Source: Nitrosospira multiformis ATCC 25196
Lineage (GTDB): Bacteria; Pseudomonadota; Gammaproteobacteria; Burkholderiales; Nitrosomonadaceae
DNA: 32,000 nt
Direction of reading: 5' to 3'
NCBI RefSeq assembly: GCF_000196355.1
Contig: NC_007614.1
Span: 1,920,001 to 1,952,000, forward strand
Made by a program: the position numbers and the translations under genes
Part shown: positions 26,726 to 32,000 of the stretch, in pieces
Layout of the letters: the number at the start of each line of letters is the position of its first letter
How positions within the stretch are numbered: position 1 is the first letter of the stretch
The notes under the pieces: model-generated
What the model was told of the DNA's origin: nothing
The model's input: the letters and a program-made list of their open reading frames with translations, nothing else
The model's database searches: none

Positions 26726-27721
26726 ATGAAATACCTAGGCCATCTGTCGACAGATGACCCCTTTTATGAATACCTCCGGTACGACATCCTGCCGGCGCTG
26801 CACTCCGTGAATCATCCGGATTTCAGGGTTTATGAGTTGCGGGCCTCCAACCATGTTTACCTTTACGAAGAACGGGATAGCGGAGCGCGGGTTATTGGAA
26901 AATTCTTCGGGGGTGTTCCGCATATCGGCCCTGACGCCGCGTTACGTCACATGGAGCAGGAGTTCAATAATTTGAACTATCTGCGCAGGATCGGCTTCAA
27001 TGCCTATCCCCACTATGTAGTGCGCCCCCTTGGCCGCAACGCCAGCCTCAACCATGTGGTTGTGGAAGAATATTGCTATGGCACACATTTTAAACATGTC
27101 ATTCTCAAGGCAATCCGAGAAAATGTGCGCGACGTTCTTTTCCAGAAGCTTACCGCGCTCGCTTATTTTCTTGCCACGCTGCATAACCGGACAGCGCACG
27201 AGCGCAAGGTGGAGTTCAACAAAGAATGCGATTACTTTGACCAGGTCATGAACCGCTTGCTAAGCGCAGCATGGATTGGATGGGATCAGGCTCAGGACTT
27301 GTATCGGCTAAAAAACCGATGGAGGGACAAAGCCTGCATGTGGGAAGACTGCGAGGTTCTGATCCATGGCGATGTTACTCCGGATAATGTTCTTTTTGGC
27401 GATGGCCTTTGGGTCATCATGCTCGACCTGGAGCGGATGAAATCATCTGACAGGGTATTTGATCTGGGCCGCGTCGTAGGCGAACTTCAGCATTTCTTCC
27501 TGCAGCAGGCGGGCGACAAGTGGCGCGCTGAACCCTTTATCGGGCATTTTCTATGGGAATACAGCTGTCATTTTCCCGATCGCGATGCAGCCTTCGCTGC
27601 GATAACCCGCCGCCTTCCCTTCTATGCCGCGCTCACTCTCCTGCGCATCAGCCGCAATGCCTGGATTGGCGCAGCTTATCGGAAGCGATTACTGGATGAG
27701 GCCAGGAGGACATTGGAGTAG
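26726..27721 (+). CDS. Aminoglycoside phosphotransferase/choline-kinase-like small-molecule kinase family protein
   Basis: 'EVLIHGDVTPDNVLFGDGLWVIMLDLERMKSSDRVFDLGRVVGELQH' catalytic and metal-binding motifs. Confidence 0.8.
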   Translation: MKYLGHLSTDDPFYEYLRYDILPALHSVNHPDFRVYELRASNHVYLYEERDSGARVIGKFFGGVPHIGPDAALRHMEQEFNNLNYLRRIGFNAYPHYVVRPLGRNASLNHVVVEEYCYGTHFKHVILKAIRENVRDVLFQKLTALAYFLATLHNRTAHERKVEFNKECDYFDQVMNRLLSAAWIGWDQAQDLYRLKNRWRDKACMWEDCEVLIHGDVTPDNVLFGDGLWVIMLDLERMKSSDRVFDLGRVVGELQHFFLQQAGDKWRAEPFIGHFLWEYSCHFPDRDAAFAAITRRLPFYAALTLLRISRNAWIGAAYRKRLLDEARRTLE

Positions 27722-27752
27722 TAACAGGTAATAACACCGGAGTACATGCGTT

Positions 27753-28481
27753 ATGGCAATAAAAGGCATCCTGTTTGACCTCTACGGCACGCTGATCGAC
27801 ATCGAAACCGATGAATCCATCGATGAAATCTATCGCGCCATCGCGCACTACCTGGTTTACCAAGGTGTATATCTTCATCGTGGACAGGTGCGGGAGCGCT
27901 ACTATGCCATCATGAGACAACAGAAGGATGCGAAGGATGAGGAATACCCGGAAATCGATGTGGAAGCCATATGGAATGAACTGCTCCTCCAGCAAGGCAT
28001 CAAGTCAAGCTACGTCCGGGGACAACAAGCAAAAGTGATCGCTCATATTTATCGCGGCATCTCCCGCAAACGTCTTCGACTCTATCCAAATGTGAAGGAA
28101 GTATTGAATGAGCTCCAGACGCGCTACCAACTCGCGCTGGTGTCTGACGCGCAGCCCTGTTTTGCGCTGCCCGAAATTCGGGCGATGGGTCTCGAGAGTT
28201 ATTTCAATCCCGTCATCATTTCCAGTTACTACGGTTTCAGAAAACCCGATTCCCGTCTCTTCAATAAAGCGCTCGATAAAATGGGTATCTCGCGTTCAGA
28301 GGTAATCGCAATCGGAAATGATATGTTCCGGGACATATATGGAGCTCAGCTTCTCGACATCAGGACGATTTTTTTCGATTCCAATCAGGGCGCCAAAACT
28401 TACGAAGATGTTGTACCCGCATATCGGGTCCAACAATTCGAGGATATCCTCACTGGCATAGCTCAACTGGCGCAACGTTAG
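27753..28481 (+). CDS. HAD-family hydrolase
   Basis: 'ILFDLYGTLIDIETD', 'LALVSDAQP', 'YGFRKPDSRLFNKAL', 'IAIGNDMFRDIYGAQ'; starts 30 nt after the kinase stop. Confidence 0.92.
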   Translation: MAIKGILFDLYGTLIDIETDESIDEIYRAIAHYLVYQGVYLHRGQVRERYYAIMRQQKDAKDEEYPEIDVEAIWNELLLQQGIKSSYVRGQQAKVIAHIYRGISRKRLRLYPNVKEVLNELQTRYQLALVSDAQPCFALPEIRAMGLESYFNPVIISSYYGFRKPDSRLFNKALDKMGISRSEVIAIGNDMFRDIYGAQLLDIRTIFFDSNQGAKTYEDVVPAYRVQQFEDILTGIAQLAQR

Positions 28482-28563
28482 CGTCGACTGTAGCGCGGAG
28501 AATCGATTCCCCCTCCCCTATGAAAAAGGAGATAAAAGAAAGGATAACTGGGGAAAGTTGCTC

Positions 28564-29442
28564 TCAACCCGGGTATTTAAGCTTCAATCGGTTAATAAAG
28601 GGTTCTGACAACGAAAAGTCCCTGTCCCCTGGTACGAAAACCTTGCAGCTGTGTTCCGTTCCGGCATGGCTTACCTTGAGGGTTGCAAACACACCCCTAT
28701 CTGCGGGTCGGGTAACAGGGATCTGCAGCGTTCCTGCTTTCAACTTATAACGGTCAGGCAATATCCGGGACGCTGCCGCACCTTCGAACCTCGCGACCCC
28801 GCCTCTCGTCAGATAGGAATATTCGACCTCGGGCTGAACCTGGGATTCGGAAGCCCCGCCTGATGCCCAGTTGACATTGAGCACGAACTCTTCTCCTTGT
28901 TCTTCGGAGGATACCCTGGCTGGAGTGGCCCAACAGGTCAGTCCCGGGCGCTTGCGCAGGCAGGCTGACCAGTTTTGGACTGCCCTGGACGCATCGCTAT
29001 TGCCCGCCACTGCCCGCTGCATGAAAAACTCCGCAGCCTGGGAAGGATCGAGCGTTGCATTTTGGGCGCAATATCCGCCTTTCCATTGCCCGAACCGCAT
29101 GTCGCTCATCGTATCTGCCGGAGTTGAGTCCGAATCCGGACTGTTGTCAGGCGGCAGATCATCCAGATTGACAAGCCCGTACGTCAGCCCCAGTGACTTA
29201 TCTTTGCCGAACTGCTGGGCACGCTTGATCGCCTTTTGCGCGTCCTCGTACTTCAATGCGCACAATTCCGCATACATTGCCCGATCTCTCAGGGGCGGCG
29301 CAATCCTCTGGTATTCATCATAAAATCCGCTTGCCAGGGTACTATGGCACGTTTCGCTGGCAAACACATTCCCCGGCAGAATCCCCCAGATCAGCGCGAC
29401 AGACAGAATAGGCGTGAGAGCGGAAACATATTCCTTTTTCAT
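28564..29442 (-). CDS. Exported hypothetical protein
   Basis: Signal peptide 'MKKEYVSALTPILSVALIWGILPGNVFASETC', strong RBS GGAGGAG before the 29442 start. Confidence 0.75.
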   Translation of the reverse strand: MKKEYVSALTPILSVALIWGILPGNVFASETCHSTLASGFYDEYQRIAPPLRDRAMYAELCALKYEDAQKAIKRAQQFGKDKSLGLTYGLVNLDDLPPDNSPDSDSTPADTMSDMRFGQWKGGYCAQNATLDPSQAAEFFMQRAVAGNSDASRAVQNWSACLRKRPGLTCWATPARVSSEEQGEEFVLNVNWASGGASESQVQPEVEYSYLTRGGVARFEGAAASRILPDRYKLKAGTLQIPVTRPADRGVFATLKVSHAGTEHSCKVFVPGDRDFSLSEPFINRLKLKYPG

Positions 29443-29724
29443 GATGCTCCTCCAGAAGGCAAGCAATTATATAGAAGATGTTACCAGACCAGAAGATGGC
29501 TTTGCCCTAAAAGAAGGCTTTGCCTCAGGGAAGATTCGACGATCAGAAAACACATCCATTGTGATCAATCACACAGACAATTGTCTAACTTTATGCTGAA
29601 CTGGCCCCTGAACTCAGGCTCTGCCAATAAATAAACAAATAACCGGGAGATACTTTATCCCCTCATTGATACCGGTTTCCGAATTTCCGATGATAAAGTT
29701 TCTCCATTGCTCAACCGTTATACG

Positions 29725-32000
29725 ATGAGTCGTTCTCCCTGGCTTATCGTCTTGCTTTACGTCGCTTTATCGACCCTCTGGATGGCCGTTGCGGGCTATC
29801 TGATATCACTCATGCTTGAGGATCCGGCTTTGCGGAGCCGCGCCTATCTGGCAAAGGAACTGGTTCTTATTGCCATTAGCAGTATCCTATTCTATGCATT
29901 GCTTAAACTGGGCAAGGGCGCTACTACTGCCCGCGAAGCCGATGTGACAGCGGCAGACGTCGCAGCTTCGGCTGCGGCAGGTTTCCGGCTGAACCGGTTG
30001 ATGTTGGCGTTCTTCTCGCTGGCGATGATGGCACCCATTATCAGCATAATGATTATAAAGATGTATGGTCCGGAGATAGAGCAAGGGGCCTATGCTGATC
30101 TGCAAACCATCGTGGATCTTAAGGCCGAGCAGATCGAACTCTGGCTTGCTGAACGGCATAACGACGCGGAGGCATTGCTGGCGAACCAGGCGCTTATCGA
30201 GCAAGTAGTCGATCTCAAACGAAGAAGAAACGCGCATGAACTGGAGCTTATCCGTAATCGCCTGGAGGCAGTGCGGCAAGCCTACAGCTACGAGTCAGTG
30301 ATATTGCTTGATGTCGAAAGCCGGCCTCTGCTCGTGTTAGGCGAAAAGCATGAATTGCCACCCATTACCCGCGAATTACTATCTACCGCGTTACGTTCGC
30401 GCCAGATACAGAGTACCGATTTCTTTCTGGATGAAAACGGAAAACCTCTGCTGGATATTGCAGTGCCTCTGGTAGCGGAGACAACAAATAAGGAACCTGG
30501 TGCCATTGTGCTCTTACGAGCGGATCTGGAGCAATTCCTTCTTCCACTCGTCGAGAAGTGGCCCCGTATCAGTTGCAGCGGAGAGATACTGCTTATCACC
30601 CAGAAGAATGAAACCGTCAATTATCTTAATAAATTGCACCGCTTTCAGCGGACACATGGCACACATGGATATCATGCGCTCGCCAGGGACGAACTTGCTA
30701 GCGCCATTGCCACCCGGGACGAAAAACAGGGGACGGTACATGGAATCGATTACCGGGGAGAGCAGGTGCTCGCGGCCTATCGACCCCTTACCGGGACCGG
30801 TTGGCGTTTGCTTGCAAAAATCGACCAGAATGAAGTGCTGGCGCAGCTATGGACTCTTGTATTCTGGATGAGTGCCGTCATTCTCATTGCGGTTACTGCG
30901 GTAAGCGTCGTGCTGCTGCTGTTATGGCGTCAACAGCAACGCGCCCACCAGCTGGCACTGATCATTCACACCGCGGATCAGGATCGCCTTCTCAAGTATT
31001 TCTATGACCTGCCATTCATCGGCATGGCGATTACCTCCCCCGATACCAAACGCTGGTTGCGCTTCAATAATCAGTTTTGCGAGATGATGGGATACTCAAC
31101 TGAGGAGTTGGCAAAAAAAAGCTGGATTGAGATAACTCATCCGGATGATGTCGCTAAAAGTACTGCCGAGCGCGAGCGCATCCTGAAAGGGGAGTCTGAA
31201 GGCTACGCGATGAACAAGCGCTTCATCCGTAAGGATGGCTCGATAATCTTCGCCAATGTGGATGTCAAATGTGTCCGCAGGGATGATGGCACGGTGCATT
31301 ATTTTGTTGCCATGATCCGGGATATTACCGAGCAAGAACGCCGGAAAACCGAGATTCTGGCAGCGCGACGCCAGCTCCAGGCCACGCTCGACGCCATTCC
31401 CGATTTACTGTTCGAGCTTGATGCAGACGGTTGTGTACACGCGTGGCATTCGGTCCGGCGTACCGAGTTTCCGACTGTGTCCGGTGAAAGCCTTGTAGGC
31501 AAAAAGGTCGCGGATTTTCTCCCCACCGGAGCAGTAGATATTATCCTGTCGGCATTGGCGGAGGCACAGGAGAAAGGGCTCTCCTCGGGGAAACAATTGG
31601 AACTTCGCCTTCCCGGCCGGGAAGACAAATGGTGGTTCGAGCTTTCCGTCTCGCGCAAGCATGTCGATTCCGCAGCGGGCCTTCGTTTTATCGTTCTTGC
31701 GCGTGATATTACGGAACGCAAGGCGTCAGAACAAAGAATACTGCATCTGGCGCATTACGATTCGCTCACCGGCCTGCCAAACCGCGCTCTGCTGGCGGAC
31801 CGGATGAGAGTGGCCATCAATCGTGCAGCGCGGCAAGCCAAACGCCTCGCTGTACTGTTCGTGGACCTCGATCGTTTCAAGGCAATCAATGATTCGCTTG
31901 GTCATGACGTTGGCGACCACCTTCTCAAGGTTGTGGCCGAGCGGATGCAAACCTCGATACGCAGCGTAGATACGGTAAGCCGGGTGGGAGGTGACGAATT
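29725..32000 (+). CDS. Membrane-anchored PAS-PAS-GGDEF signalling protein, truncated by the window edge
   Basis: Manual translation from ATG 29725 (MSRSPWLIVLLYVALSTLWMAVAGY...) stays open to 32000; PAS 'LPFIGMAITSPDTKRWLRFNNQFCEMMGYSTEELA...IRDITEQERR', second PAS, then 'LAHYDSLTGLPNRALLADRM...AVLFVDLDRFKAINDSLGHDVGDHLL...VSRVGGDE'. Confidence 0.95.
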   Translation, partial: MSRSPWLIVLLYVALSTLWMAVAGYLISLMLEDPALRSRAYLAKELVLIAISSILFYALLKLGKGATTAREADVTAADVAASAAAGFRLNRLMLAFFSLAMMAPIISIMIIKMYGPEIEQGAYADLQTIVDLKAEQIELWLAERHNDAEALLANQALIEQVVDLKRRRNAHELELIRNRLEAVRQAYSYESVILLDVESRPLLVLGEKHELPPITRELLSTALRSRQIQSTDFFLDENGKPLLDIAVPLVAETTNKEPGAIVLLRADLEQFLLPLVEKWPRISCSGEILLITQKNETVNYLNKLHRFQRTHGTHGYHALARDELASAIATRDEKQGTVHGIDYRGEQVLAAYRPLTGTGWRLLAKIDQNEVLAQLWTLVFWMSAVILIAVTAVSVVLLLLWRQQQRAHQLALIIHTADQDRLLKYFYDLPFIGMAITSPDTKRWLRFNNQFCEMMGYSTEELAKKSWIEITHPDDVAKSTAERERILKGESEGYAMNKRFIRKDGSIIFANVDVKCVRRDDGTVHYFVAMIRDITEQERRKTEILAARRQLQATLDAIPDLLFELDADGCVHAWHSVRRTEFPTVSGESLVGKKVADFLPTGAVDIILSALAEAQEKGLSSGKQLELRLPGREDKWWFELSVSRKHVDSAAGLRFIVLARDITERKASEQRILHLAHYDSLTGLPNRALLADRMRVAINRAARQAKRLAVLFVDLDRFKAINDSLGHDVGDHLLKVVAERMQTSIRSVDTVSRVGGDE

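Overview
This 32 kb window looks like chromosome from a beta-proteobacterial ammonia oxidiser (Nitrosospira/Nitrosomonadaceae-like; taxon is my inference from protein flavour only). No CRISPR array, prophage or classical defence island is visible. From left to right: a TAT-exported multicopper oxidase with Met/Gly-rich inserts; a sulfide/persulfide detoxification cluster (TauE-like exporter, SQR-like flavoprotein, BigR/SqrR-like ArsR regulator, two YeeE/YedE proteins, and a divergent persulfide-dioxygenase-like MBL protein) with an AT-rich inverted repeat at the divergent promoter; an intact IS5/IS427-type element; a secreted cyanophycinase-like S51 peptidase; two divergent K+ channels; an IS pile-up (intact IS30-type with 25-bp TIRs, two decayed IS3 copies, a 50-bp tandem duplication) abutting a frameshifted Mrr/PD-(D/E)XK-like gene; tRNA-Asn; a region of inverted repeats and two near-identical DnaA-box modules flanking a vanadium haloperoxidase/PAP2-like gene; homospermidine synthase; a His-rich internally duplicated protein; a Wzz/GumC-like polysaccharide co-polymerase fused in one ORF to a degenerate tyrosine-recombinase-like C-terminal domain; a DODA-type dioxygenase; a LodB-like flavoprotein next to APH-like kinase and HAD genes; and a PAS/GGDEF gene running off the right edge. 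The Wzz-integrase fusion is the most unusual coding feature, and the paired DnaA-box modules are the most unusual non-coding one.
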